Source: Actinomycetes bacterium (lineage in GTDB: Bacteria > Actinomycetota > Actinomycetes > S36-B12). Taken from it: DNA of 64,000 bases. The notes under the pieces were generated by a model. It ran no database searches. It was not told the DNA's origin and was given only the letters and a program-made list of their open reading frames with translations. Made by a program: the position numbers and the translations under genes. How positions within the stretch are numbered: position 1 is the stretch's first letter; every line of letters begins with the position of its first letter. The DNA is taken from assembly GCA_965657825.1 (NCBI GenBank), contig CBFHQG010000001.1, positions 15,057-79,056 of the forward strand. The letters run 5' to 3'. This document shows, piece after piece, positions 21,175-30,714 of the stretch.

Positions 21175-23115
21175 CTACAGGTTGGCGGCGCGGCGGATCT
21201 CCTTGACGAACGCCTTCGTGCCCTCCCAGGTCGGGTGCACCCCGTCGGAGACGAAGAAGTCCGCCCGACCGGCTGACACCGCCGCCCAGTCGGCGATCAC
21301 GGCGTTGGGGTAGTCGGGGACGACGGTGGCGATGACCTCGTTGTTCGGATCGGTCCACCGTCGGGGAACGTTGACGTTGACGACCACGACGCGTTCGCGG
21401 TCGGAGAGGGTGTCCAGCATCGCGCGCAGTTGATCCTCGGTCACGATGCCGTTGGTGCCGGTATGAAGGACGACGGTCGGGGCGAGCAGATCGGCGGCGG
21501 CCAAGGCCTCGACGCGTTCGAGGACCCCGGAGGCCTGGCGGCTGACCTCGGCGTCGACGGAGGTCTTCTTGACCTTGTCCTGGAGGTGTCCGGCCACGCC
21601 GAGCATCACCGAGTCACCGATCGCAGTCAGGATGCCGTTGGCGTTCTGCGGCGGCCCAGCATCGACGGTCGGGCTCGGCTCCACCGTGGGCACCGCTGAT
21701 GGACTCGCCGAGGGGGAGACGCTCGGATCATTCGTCGGACTCGGCCGCGGAGTCGCATCGATGAGGATGCTCGTCGGCCCTCCGTCATCGATACCGATGG
21801 CCGCGGCGACGTCGGGGGCCAACTGCGCCTCGGTGGTGGGGGCGGTGGCCAGGCCGGCTCCGGTGAGCGCGATCGCGGCGATCCCGACTCCGCTACCGAC
21901 CAGAACCCGCTGGGTCAGGTGCGCGCGTTCCTCGTCGGGAGCTCCGCGCCACTCATCGATGAACCGTTTGATCGCCCCACGGCGGATGGGCATCTCCACG
22001 AACCGGTAGGACAACTCCGCGATGCCGAAGGTCAGCCCGAAGCGCAGGATCAGCAGGGGCAGCCCGTCGAGTCCGATGTCCAGGTCGGGCCGCGTGACCA
22101 TGAACACCGGCCAGTGCCACAGGTACAGACCGTAGGAGCGCTGGCCGATGTAGCGCCAGGGTTGGGTGCCGAGCATCGCCCCGAAGGGAGAGCCCGGGTG
22201 ACTGGCCATCGCGACCAGCACCGCGACGAGCAGGGCGAACAGCAGGAAGCCACCGCGGTACAGCCATCCGTCGAACTCGCCCACCTGCCAGAACACCCAG
22301 ATGACGGCGACGAGGGAGGTGAAACCGATGGCGGTGAGCAGGATCTTGGCGCCGGGGACCAGGCGGGTCGGCAGTCGCCCTGGGCGCCAGACCGTAGCGA
22401 GTGCGGCTCCGATGAGCAGGCCCATGATGTGGCTGTCGGTGCCGAAGTAGGCGCGGCTGGGATCAGCGAGGTCGGGGAATCCGTTGGTGATCGACAGGAC
22501 CGCCATCCACACTGTCGAGGCGATCGCGCCGACGAGGGCGGTGATGAGGACCGCCCGTCGCTTGCCCAACTTCAAGGCCACGAGGGTGATCGCCGGCCAG
22601 ATCAGGTAGAACTGCTCCTCGATGGACAGGGACCACAGGTGCTTGAGCAGGGGTGGTCGCCCGATGAACTCGAAGTAGGACTGGTCGGCGACGATGTACC
22701 ACCAGTTATTCACGTAGAACAGTGAGGCGATGGCATCGGTGCGGAAGGCCGGGGCGGCGTCGCGGTAGAAGAACGCGGCCGCGACCCCGACGACCGCCAG
22801 CATCAGCAGCAGTGCCGGCAGCAGGCGCCGAGCGCGACGGATGTAGAAGGTCTTGAAGTCGATTCGGCCCCGGCGATCGAACTCCTCCAGGATCAAGGAG
22901 GTGATGAGGAAGCCGGACAGCACGAAGAACACGTCGACACCCAGGAAGCCACCGGGCATCCAGGGCAGATCGGCGTGGTAGAGCATCACGCCCAGGACGG
23001 CGAGGGCGCGGATCCCGTCCAGGCCGGGCAGATAGCCCATCTCGCCCTTGCGGCGCCCCTTATCGAGGTTCCAGGGGACGTCACGGGATGCAGCGGCCGT
23101 GCTACTGCTCGCCAC
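21175..23115 (-). CDS. Acyltransferase-3 family membrane protein with C-terminal SGNH domain (OatA-like O-acyltransferase)
   Basis: LDGIRALAVLGVMLYH...DVFFVLSGFLIT N-terminus, about 10 TM helices, a Pro/Ser linker and an SGNH-like tail. An alternative start is ATG 23040 (MGYLPGLDG). Confidence 0.85.
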   Translation of the reverse strand: MASSSTAAASRDVPWNLDKGRRKGEMGYLPGLDGIRALAVLGVMLYHADLPWMPGGFLGVDVFFVLSGFLITSLILEEFDRRGRIDFKTFYIRRARRLLPALLLMLAVVGVAAAFFYRDAAPAFRTDAIASLFYVNNWWYIVADQSYFEFIGRPPLLKHLWSLSIEEQFYLIWPAITLVALKLGKRRAVLITALVGAIASTVWMAVLSITNGFPDLADPSRAYFGTDSHIMGLLIGAALATVWRPGRLPTRLVPGAKILLTAIGFTSLVAVIWVFWQVGEFDGWLYRGGFLLFALLVAVLVAMASHPGSPFGAMLGTQPWRYIGQRSYGLYLWHWPVFMVTRPDLDIGLDGLPLLILRFGLTFGIAELSYRFVEMPIRRGAIKRFIDEWRGAPDEERAHLTQRVLVGSGVGIAAIALTGAGLATAPTTEAQLAPDVAAAIGIDDGGPTSILIDATPRPSPTNDPSVSPSASPSAVPTVEPSPTVDAGPPQNANGILTAIGDSVMLGVAGHLQDKVKKTSVDAEVSRQASGVLERVEALAAADLLAPTVVLHTGTNGIVTEDQLRAMLDTLSDRERVVVVNVNVPRRWTDPNNEVIATVVPDYPNAVIADWAAVSAGRADFFVSDGVHPTWEGTKAFVKEIRRAANL

Positions 23116-23213
23116 GCATCCTCCAGGCGGTTACCGATGGGTCAAGGTGCAGAACGATTCGACGGCGCGCACCGTCGAGTGGTTCCGCCCCATGGTACGG
23201 CCCGACCTGGGGT

Positions 23214-24554
23214 CTATGCGCCGGCGAAACGCGTGATCTTCGGCAGGAGGGCGGCCCTCTTGGCCTCATCGCGCACGCCCAGGCCGGGTTCCGGTGCCAG
23301 GCAGAGGACGCCCACCTTGCCCTGGTGGAGGTTGTGGTGGACCTCCAAGGTGGCCTCGCCGACCTGCTCGAGCGGGAACGTCTGGGACAGCGTGGGGTGG
23401 ATCAGGCCGCGATCGATCAACCGGTTGGCCTCGTAGGCCTCGCGGTAGTTGGCGAAATGGGAGCCCACGATGCGCTTGAGGTTCATCCACAGGTAGCGGT
23501 TGTCGTATTCGTGCATGAAACCGGAGGTCGAGGCGCAGGTGACGATGGAACCCCCCTTGCGGGTGACGTAGACGCTGGCTCCGAAGGTCTCGCGCCCAGG
23601 ATGCTCGAAGACGATGTCGACGTCGTCCCCTCCGGTGAGTTCGCGGATGCGGTTGCCGAAGCGCTTCCACTCGGCGGGGTCCTGGGTGGCCTCGTCCTTC
23701 CAGAATCGGTAGTCCTCAGCCTTGCGGTCGATGATGAGCTCTGCACCCATCGCCCGGCACAGATCGGCCTTCTCGGGGCTGGACACGACGCAGACTGGAA
23801 TCGCTCCGCCGTTGACCGCGTACTGGGTGGCGTAGGACCCAAGGCCACCGGATGCTCCCCAGATGAGGACGACATCGCCCTGTTTCATATTGCCGCCATG
23901 GCCGGACACCAGTTGCCGGTAGGCCGTGGAGTTCACCAGTCCCGGCGCTGCCGCCTCCTCCCAGGTCAGGTGGGCCGGCTTGCGCAGCAACTGGTTGGAC
24001 TTCACCAGGGCGATGTCGGCCAGGCCGCCGAAGTTCGTCTCGAATCCCCAGATGCGCTGCTCGGGGTCCATCATGGTGTCGTCATGCCCGAGGGGGCTTT
24101 CCAATTCGACGCTCAAGCAGTGCGCGACGACCTCGTCACCGGGCTTCCAGGCGTTGACGCCCGGGCCGGTGCGCAGCACGATGCCGGCCGCGTCGGACCC
24201 CACGATGTGGTAGGGCAGGTCGTGTCGTTTGGCGAGGTCGTGGGTGCGGCCGTAGCGGTTCAAGAACCCGAAGGTCGAGACGGGTTCGAAGATCGAGGTC
24301 CAGACGGTGTTGTAGTTGATGCTCGAGGCCATGACCGCGATCAGCGCCTCGCCGGGACCGAGTTCGGGAACCGGAACCTCGTCGATGTGCAGGGAGCGCC
24401 GGGGGTCCTTGTCCCAGGTGGACAACCCCTCGAACATATCCACCTCATCGGCGTGCACGGTGGCAGCCCGGTAGGCCTCCGGCAGGGGGAGGGCGGCGAT
24501 ATCCGCGGCCTCGGCCCCCTCGAGCGCGGCGTACAGGTCAGCGGACGTGGTCAT
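23214..24554 (-). CDS. ccr: Crotonyl-CoA carboxylase/reductase
   Basis: 446 aa. The N-terminal LPLPEAYRA...VHADEVDMFEG and NYNTVWTSIFEP...GSDAAGIV blocks match Ccr as I remember it. A GAAGGGA Shine-Dalgarno lies upstream. Confidence 0.9.
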   Translation of the reverse strand: MTTSADLYAALEGAEAADIAALPLPEAYRAATVHADEVDMFEGLSTWDKDPRRSLHIDEVPVPELGPGEALIAVMASSINYNTVWTSIFEPVSTFGFLNRYGRTHDLAKRHDLPYHIVGSDAAGIVLRTGPGVNAWKPGDEVVAHCLSVELESPLGHDDTMMDPEQRIWGFETNFGGLADIALVKSNQLLRKPAHLTWEEAAAPGLVNSTAYRQLVSGHGGNMKQGDVVLIWGASGGLGSYATQYAVNGGAIPVCVVSSPEKADLCRAMGAELIIDRKAEDYRFWKDEATQDPAEWKRFGNRIRELTGGDDVDIVFEHPGRETFGASVYVTRKGGSIVTCASTSGFMHEYDNRYLWMNLKRIVGSHFANYREAYEANRLIDRGLIHPTLSQTFPLEQVGEATLEVHHNLHQGKVGVLCLAPEPGLGVRDEAKRAALLPKITRFAGA

Positions 24555-24586
24555 GGCAGGTCCCTTCGCGTCAGCTCGCGATCAGC

Positions 24587-24602
24587 GTGAACGATCGTTC
24601 AC
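24587..24602. promoter_or_regulatory. Perfect 16-bp palindrome GTGAACGATCGTTCAC in the ccr promoter/5' UTR
   Basis: Read directly. It lies 33-48 nt upstream of the ccr ATG (24554), and 9 nt downstream of a TANNNT box (TAGACT on the minus strand, 24612-24617). Confidence 0.6.
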
Positions 24603-24635
24603 ACCTGCACAAGTCTAGCCGCAGTGACCCGTGCC

Positions 24636-24824
24636 TCACCAGGTGAGATAGCCCTCTGCCCGCGCGACGTACAAACCGGTCACGACGAGCCCGAGCAGGA
24701 TCGTGATCACGATGAGTCGGGTGATCTTGCGGATGATGCCGAACACCAGCAGGGCCAGGAGGGCGATCCCGGCAATCAGCAGGATGGGGGTGTCCAACGG
24801 AGAGGTGATCGAGTCCACCCGCAT
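24636..24824 (-). CDS. Small 2-TM membrane protein (62 aa)
   Basis: MRVDSITSPLDTPILLIAGIALLALLVFGIIRKITRLIVITILLGLVVTGLY... starts 5 nt downstream of the epimerase stop. The longer track ORF (to 24938) overlaps the epimerase and is rejected. Confidence 0.45.
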   Translation of the reverse strand: MRVDSITSPLDTPILLIAGIALLALLVFGIIRKITRLIVITILLGLVVTGLYVARAEGYLTW

Positions 24825-24828
24825 CACC

Positions 24829-25260
24829 CTAGTGCGAGGTGGGGCCGGGTTCGACGAGTTCGACGAGCACCCCGCCGGCGTCCTTGGGGTGGATGAAGTT
24901 GACGCGTGACCCCGCCGTGCCCGACTTCGGGGTGTCATACAGCAGCCGCACTCCCTTGTCGCGCAGGTGCTGTGTCGCCTCGTCGATGTCGGTCACGCGG
25001 TAGGCCACCTGCTGGATGCCCGGTCCGGACCGGTCGAGGAACTTACCGATCGTGGTGTCGGGGGACAGCGGAGCGAGCAGCTGGATGCAGGAGCCGGAAT
25101 AGCCGACGGCGAGCATGGCCTCGCGCACTCCCTGCTCCTCGTTGACCTCCTCGTGCACCACCTGCATACCGAAGGTGCGCGCGTAGTAGTCCTTGGCTTC
25201 ATCGAGGTCGGGTACCGCGATCCCGACGTGATCGATGTGGGTGAACAGACCTGATGCCAT
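24829..25260 (-). CDS. mce: Methylmalonyl/ethylmalonyl-CoA epimerase (VOC fold)
   Basis: HIDHVGIAVPDLD...GPGIQQVAYRV...NFIHPKDAGGVLVELVE. A strong GAAGGAGG Shine-Dalgarno is present. Confidence 0.88.
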   Translation of the reverse strand: MASGLFTHIDHVGIAVPDLDEAKDYYARTFGMQVVHEEVNEEQGVREAMLAVGYSGSCIQLLAPLSPDTTIGKFLDRSGPGIQQVAYRVTDIDEATQHLRDKGVRLLYDTPKSGTAGSRVNFIHPKDAGGVLVELVEPGPTSH

Positions 25261-25378
25261 CGACGGCCTCCTTCGGGTGGCGGGGGTGCACCCTCGCTAG
25301 GGTGGCGCCCATCGTGGCAAAGCGCCATCTCAGGCTGATCGCCAGGCTCCACGGCCAGGCCCATCGGGAGGTCATGAC

Positions 25379-26593
25379 ATGTCGGAAACCTCGGAAACCT
25401 CGCAGTCCACGGACTCGACGAGCGTGATCGTGTCCGGAGCGCGCACCCCCATGGGTCGACTGCTCGGCTCGCTGAAGGGGATGAGCGCGGCCGACCTCGG
25501 TGGCGTCGCGATCGCGGCGGCCCTCCAGCGCTCGGGTGTGCGTCCTGATCAGGTGGACTACGTGATCATGGGTCAGGTCATTCAAGCCGGTGCAGGTCAG
25601 AATGCGACCCGGGTGGCGGCGACGCAGGCCGGTATCGGCATGGATGTCCCATCGATGACCATCAACAAGGTGTGCCTGTCGGGCCTCGATGCGATCGCGC
25701 TGGCCGACCAACTCATCCGAGCCGGCGAATTCGACATCGTCGTTGCCGGTGGCATGGAGTCGATGACCCAGGCCCCGCATCTGCTCTTGGGCTCACGAGA
25801 GGGCGTGAAGTTCGGGGACTGGACGATGGTCGATGCGATGGCCCACGATGCCCTGCGATGCAGTTTCGACCTGTGTGCGATGGGTGAGGCGACCGAGAAA
25901 TTCAATTCCCGCTACACCTTCACCCGCGAGGATCAAGACGCCTTCGCTGCTCGCTCGCACCAGCGTGCTGCAGAGGCGACGAAGAACGGCGTGTTCGACG
26001 CCGAGATCACCCCGGTGATGATCCCCCAGCGCAAGGGTGACCCGATCGAGTTCACCACCGATGAGGGGATTCGTGCCGACACCACCGCCCAGAGCCTGGC
26101 TGGTTTGCGCCCAGCCTTCGCCAAGGACGGCACGATCACGGCGGGTAATGCCTCGCAGATCTCCGACGGTGCCGCAGCGGTCGTGGTCATGAGCAAGTCC
26201 AAGGCGAGCGAGCTCGGCCTGTCGTGGTTGGCCGAGATCGGAGCTCACGGGGTTGTGGCCGGTCCGGACGCCTCACTGCACGAGCAGCCGTCACAGGCGA
26301 TCCGCAAGGCGTGCCGGAAGCAGGGCGTCGAGGTCTCCGATCTGGACCTGATCGAGATCAACGAGGCTTTCGCTGCCGTGGGACTGGCGTCCATGCAGGC
26401 CCTCGGGGTCGACGAGGAGATCGTCAACGTCAACGGCGGGGCCATCGCGCTCGGCCACCCGGTGGGGATGTCGGGGGCGCGCATCGTGTTGCACCTGGCT
26501 CTGGAACTCGCTCGTCGCGGTGGTGGCCTCGGGGCGGCGGCCCTGTGCGGTGGCGGTGGTCAGGGCGATGCCCTGATCCTGCGAGTTCCCTAG
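25379..26593 (+). CDS. Acetyl-CoA C-acetyltransferase (thiolase II)
   Basis: Active-site [20 protein letters not shown] and ALCGGGGQG motifs. A GGGAGG Shine-Dalgarno is present. Confidence 0.93.
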   Translation: MSETSETSQSTDSTSVIVSGARTPMGRLLGSLKGMSAADLGGVAIAAALQRSGVRPDQVDYVIMGQVIQAGAGQNATRVAATQAGIGMDVPSMTINKVCLSGLDAIALADQLIRAGEFDIVVAGGMESMTQAPHLLLGSREGVKFGDWTMVDAMAHDALRCSFDLCAMGEATEKFNSRYTFTREDQDAFAARSHQRAAEATKNGVFDAEITPVMIPQRKGDPIEFTTDEGIRADTTAQSLAGLRPAFAKDGTITAGNASQISDGAAAVVVMSKSKASELGLSWLAEIGAHGVVAGPDASLHEQPSQAIRKACRKQGVEVSDLDLIEINEAFAAVGLASMQALGVDEEIVNVNGGAIALGHPVGMSGARIVLHLALELARRGGGLGAAALCGGGGQGDALILRVP

Positions 26594-26599
26594 GCGACG

Positions 26600-27595
26600 G
26601 TGATGGGCGGAGGTTCCTCGACGGACGTGGCGGAGCTGATCGCCGCGGTCCGAACCGGCGATCCCCGAGCCATCGCGCGGGTGATCTCCTGGGTCGAGGA
26701 TGACTCGCCCCGGCTTCCCGAGGCGATGGCGCTGCTGGTGCAGGAACCTCGGCAGGCACACGTCATCGGCATCACCGGTCCACCCGGAGTGGGCAAGTCC
26801 ACGATGACCTCCGCGCTCGTCGCTGCAGCGCGCGCCCGAGGCGAACGCGTCGGGGTGATCGCGGTCGATCCCTCCTCTCCGTTCTCCGGTGGCGCCCTGC
26901 TCGGTGACCGCATCCGCATGGGCGAGCACGCCACTGATCCGGGGGTGTTCATTCGCTCGATGGCCTCGCGAGGTCATCTCGGTGGACTGGCCGCGACCAC
27001 CCCCCAGGTGGTGCGCATCCTCGAGGCCGCCGACTGTGCGGTGGTGATCGTGGAGACCGTCGGTGTCGGGCAGTCCGAGATCGAGGTGGCGGCGGCTGCG
27101 GATACGACCCTGGTGCTGCTGGCACCGGGTATGGGCGACGGGATCCAGGCAGCCAAGGCGGGTGTGATGGAGATCGGCGATGTCGTGTGCGTGAACAAGG
27201 CCGACCGTGACGGTGCCGATGCCAGTGCGCGCGAGTTGCGGAACATGCTCGCGTTGTCCGAACGCGCAGAGGGGGAGTGGATCCCTCCCGTCGTGACCGC
27301 GGTGGCGTCCCGCGGAGAGATCGACGACGTGCGTGCCGCAATGGATGCCCACCGCGACTGGTTGGCTGAATCCGGGGTCGGGATCCGACGCAGGCATGAG
27401 CGGAGGGTGGCCGAGATCAGCGCCGTCGCACTCGCCCGGGTTCGACAGCGCCTGGCAGGTTCGGATGCGAGCCTCGTCGCCGAGATCGCCGAGCGGATCG
27501 CCGATCCCTTCGCTGCCGCTACCGAGGTGCTGGAGAGCCTGGGTCTTCGGGCCAGAGACCTCGGGGACAGCGGTGGTGCCAAGATAGAGCCGTGA
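26600..27595 (+). CDS. meaB: Mutase-associated G3E GTPase MeaB/ArgK
   Basis: P-loop GITGPPGVGKST, VETVGVGQSE and VNKADRD motifs. Confidence 0.9.
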   Translation: MMGGGSSTDVAELIAAVRTGDPRAIARVISWVEDDSPRLPEAMALLVQEPRQAHVIGITGPPGVGKSTMTSALVAAARARGERVGVIAVDPSSPFSGGALLGDRIRMGEHATDPGVFIRSMASRGHLGGLAATTPQVVRILEAADCAVVIVETVGVGQSEIEVAAAADTTLVLLAPGMGDGIQAAKAGVMEIGDVVCVNKADRDGADASARELRNMLALSERAEGEWIPPVVTAVASRGEIDDVRAAMDAHRDWLAESGVGIRRRHERRVAEISAVALARVRQRLAGSDASLVAEIAERIADPFAAATEVLESLGLRARDLGDSGGAKIEP

Positions 27596-28497
27596 CGACT
27601 CCGCCTGGACCCCAGATCCCCGTGCGCGGTGCGGTCGATCTGTCCGCCCTCGCCCAGCAGCGTGAACAGCAGCAGCGCCGTGATGCGGCCATGGGATCAG
27701 CCCCCACGGGGGTGGTGATCGATGTCACCGAAGCGAACTTCCAGGCGGAGGTCCTCGAGCGCAGCCAGACTGTTCCGGTCGTCCTCGACCTGTGGGCGAC
27801 CTGGTGCGGGCCGTGCAAGGCCCTGTCACCGATCCTGGAGGCTCTCGCCGCTGAATACGCCGGTCGGTTCGTCCTCGCGAAGGTCGACGTCGACGCTGAG
27901 CAGCGCATCGCCGCGGCTTTCCAGGTCCAGAGCATCCCGAGCGTCTTCGCGGTGGTCGGTGGCCAGCCCGTCCCGCTGTTCCAAGGCGCCCTCCCCGAGC
28001 CGCAGGTACGTCAGTACATCGAGGAGTTGCTGAAGGTGGCCGCTCAAGCCGGGGTCACCGGCACCCTCGCCGCGACGGGTGAGGAATCCGCTGGGGCGGA
28101 GTCTGAGTCCGAGCCCGAGCCCGAGCCGGAGGATCCGCGATTCACCGCGGCCTACGACGCCATCGACGCGGGTGACTGGGCTGCCGCGTCGGCTGCCTAC
28201 CGGACGATCCTCGATGCTGAGCCGGCCAATACCGACGCGCAGGCTGGGTTCGCCCTGTGCGGGATCCAGTTGAGGCTGGAGCAGGCGGGGGAGACCGGAG
28301 CCTTGCGCGAGGCCGATGAGGCAGCAGTGCGGGGTGACTGGGCTGCGGCATTCTCCGCGCTCATCGATCAGGTGCGGGCGACCTCGGGTGATGATCGCGA
28401 CGCTGCGCGCGAGAGGCTCCTGGAGTTGTTCGTCGTGGCCGGAGATGTGCCCGAGGTCGCCACGGCCCGGGTGAACCTCGCCAGCGCGCTGTTTTGA
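27592..28497 (+). CDS. Thioredoxin-domain protein with TPR-like C-terminal domain (YbbN/CnoX-like)
   Basis: The WATWCGPCK thioredoxin motif is followed by an Ala-rich helical-repeat tail. The start overlaps the meaB stop (GTGA). Confidence 0.8.
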   Translation: MTTPPGPQIPVRGAVDLSALAQQREQQQRRDAAMGSAPTGVVIDVTEANFQAEVLERSQTVPVVLDLWATWCGPCKALSPILEALAAEYAGRFVLAKVDVDAEQRIAAAFQVQSIPSVFAVVGGQPVPLFQGALPEPQVRQYIEELLKVAAQAGVTGTLAATGEESAGAESESEPEPEPEDPRFTAAYDAIDAGDWAAASAAYRTILDAEPANTDAQAGFALCGIQLRLEQAGETGALREADEAAVRGDWAAAFSALIDQVRATSGDDRDAARERLLELFVVAGDVPEVATARVNLASALF

Positions 28498-28524
28498 GCC
28501 TCACGTTCGGGCCACCGGGCTGGG

Positions 28525-30714
28525 TCAGTCCTCGCCCGTCCAGGACAGCCATACGGCTGCGAGTGGAGGAATGACCAGATCCACCGACGTCTCCCTGCCG
28601 TGCCACGCCGGTCCGCGGGCGTGAACGCCCCCGAAGTTCCCGACGCCGGAGCCGCCGTAGTCATGCGCATCGGTGTTGAGGATCTCCCGCCACATCCCTG
28701 TGCGGGGTAGTCCGAGTCGGTAGTCCATGCGGGGGAGGGGGGAGAAGTTGACCGCGCAGGCCACCTGCCCGCCCGAGGAGTCCCTGCGGATCCAGGTGAA
28801 CACGTTGTTCATCGCGTCGTTGGCGTCGATCCATTCGAAACCGTAGGGCTCATCATCGAGTTCCCACAGGGCCGGTGTGGCCTGGTAGGCCATGTTGATG
28901 TCCCGCACCGAACGCGCGATCCCTCGATGTTCCTCGTAGTCCAGCAACCACCAGTCCAGACCGGCATCGGCGTTCCACTCCGCCGATTGGGCGAACTCCG
29001 CGCCCATGAACAGCAGTTTCTTGCCCGGATGTGCCCACATGAAGGCCAGGTAGGCCCGCAGTGTGGCCAGTTGCTGCCAGCGATCGCCGGGCATCCGTCC
29101 GATCAGTGATGACTTGCCGTGCACGACCTCGTCGTGTGAGAGCGGAAGGACGAAGTGCTCGCTGTACGCGTACATCATCGAGAACGTCAGTTCATGGTGG
29201 TGGTACTGGCGATGGATCGCCTCGTGCTTGACGTAGTCCAGCGAGTCGTGCATCCAGCCCATGTTCCATTTCAGTCCGAAACCGAGACCGCCCAGATGCG
29301 TCGGTCGCGTGACGCCGGGCCACGCGGTGGATTCCTCGGCGATGGTGACGATCCCGGGCACTCGCCTGTAGGCCGTGGCGTTCATCTCCTGGATGAAGGC
29401 CACCGCATCGAGATTCTCGCGGCCGCCGTAGGCATTGGGTGTCCACTGCCCGTCCTCGCGGGAGTAGTCCAGGTAGAGCATGGAGGCGACAGCATCCACG
29501 CGTAGCCCATCGACGTGGAATTCCTCGAGCCAGAACAGCGCGTTGGCGACGAGGAAGTTGCGCACCTCGGGGCGGCCGAAGTCGAAGACGTACGTACCCC
29601 AGTCGGGGTGCTCGCCACGGTGGGGATCGGCGTGCTCGTACAACGGTGTGCCATCGAATCTGGCGAGTGCCCAGTCGTCCTTGGGGAAGTGAGCGGGGAC
29701 CCAGTCGACGATGACCCCGATACCGGCTCGATGTAGTGAGTCGATGAGGAATCGAAGGTCGTCGGGGGAACCGAAGCGTGAAGTGGGAGCGAAGTACGAC
29801 GTGACCTGGTACCCCCATGACCCTCCGAAGGGGTGTTCGGCGACGGGGAGGAACTCCACGTGCGTGAAACCCTGCTCGAGGAGGTAGTCGGTCAACTCGG
29901 CGGCCAGAGCGCGGTAGTCCAACCCCGGTCGCCAGGAACCCAGGTGCACCTCGTAGGTCGACATCGGAGAACGGGTGATGTCCTGCTCCGCCCGGGCCCG
30001 CAGCCATTCCTCGTCTTCCCAGGTGAATCGCGAGGTGAAGACCACCGACCCGGTCGCTGGTGGGATCTCGGTGGCGAACGCGAGTGGATCGGCCTTCTCC
30101 CGCCAGATTCCGTCGCGACCGAAGATCGCGAACTTGTACACCGTGCCGTCACCGATGTCGGGGATGAACAACTCCCACACCCCCGATGAACCCAGGCTGC
30201 GCATCGGGTGGGCGGTGGCATCCCAATGGTTGAAGTCGCCGATGACGCGCACGCCCTGCGCACTTGGAGCCCACACGGCGAAGGAGACTCCGTGTACATC
30301 GCCCAACGGGCTGGAGTACACGTGCTCGTGCGCACCGAGTACCTGCCACAACTGCTCGTGGCGACCCTCGCCGATCAAGTGCAGATCGACTTCGCCGACC
30401 GTGGGCCAGAAGCGGTAGGGATCATCGGCCGGGTAGGTGTCGGCGCCATAGGTCACCGAGAGGCGGTAGTCCGGCACGTCATCGGTGTCGAGGACCGCCT
30501 GCCAGACGCCGCGATGGATGTGCGTGAGCGGGATGCGGTCACCATCGAGCACCACATCGACCGCATCTGCCAGGGGTCGCAGGGCTCGCACGACCACACC
30601 GTCGTCGGTCGGGTGGGGCCCGAGGATGGAGTGGGGGTCGTGGTGCCAGCCTTCGACCAGGCGGTCGAGTTCACTCGCATCCGGTGTCGAGGTGCGCGCG
30701 GATGGCGTGTTCAT
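28525..30714 (-). CDS. glgB: 1,4-alpha-glucan branching enzyme
   Basis: GH13 motifs [17 protein letters not shown] and [11 protein letters not shown] 30714 overlaps the glgE stop (ATGA). The track start at 30801 is rejected. Confidence 0.95.
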   Translation of the reverse strand: MNTPSARTSTPDASELDRLVEGWHHDPHSILGPHPTDDGVVVRALRPLADAVDVVLDGDRIPLTHIHRGVWQAVLDTDDVPDYRLSVTYGADTYPADDPYRFWPTVGEVDLHLIGEGRHEQLWQVLGAHEHVYSSPLGDVHGVSFAVWAPSAQGVRVIGDFNHWDATAHPMRSLGSSGVWELFIPDIGDGTVYKFAIFGRDGIWREKADPLAFATEIPPATGSVVFTSRFTWEDEEWLRARAEQDITRSPMSTYEVHLGSWRPGLDYRALAAELTDYLLEQGFTHVEFLPVAEHPFGGSWGYQVTSYFAPTSRFGSPDDLRFLIDSLHRAGIGVIVDWVPAHFPKDDWALARFDGTPLYEHADPHRGEHPDWGTYVFDFGRPEVRNFLVANALFWLEEFHVDGLRVDAVASMLYLDYSREDGQWTPNAYGGRENLDAVAFIQEMNATAYRRVPGIVTIAEESTAWPGVTRPTHLGGLGFGLKWNMGWMHDSLDYVKHEAIHRQYHHHELTFSMMYAYSEHFVLPLSHDEVVHGKSSLIGRMPGDRWQQLATLRAYLAFMWAHPGKKLLFMGAEFAQSAEWNADAGLDWWLLDYEEHRGIARSVRDINMAYQATPALWELDDEPYGFEWIDANDAMNNVFTWIRRDSSGGQVACAVNFSPLPRMDYRLGLPRTGMWREILNTDAHDYGGSGVGNFGGVHARGPAWHGRETSVDLVIPPLAAVWLSWTGED

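Noticed and set aside
24635-24647. CTCACC-A-GGTGAG palindrome at the stop of the small membrane gene, upstream of the ccr promoter.
   Set aside because: It is a 6-bp-arm palindrome with a 1-nt spacer, a size expected by chance many times in 64 kb. It has no second copy near meaA and cannot form a hairpin.
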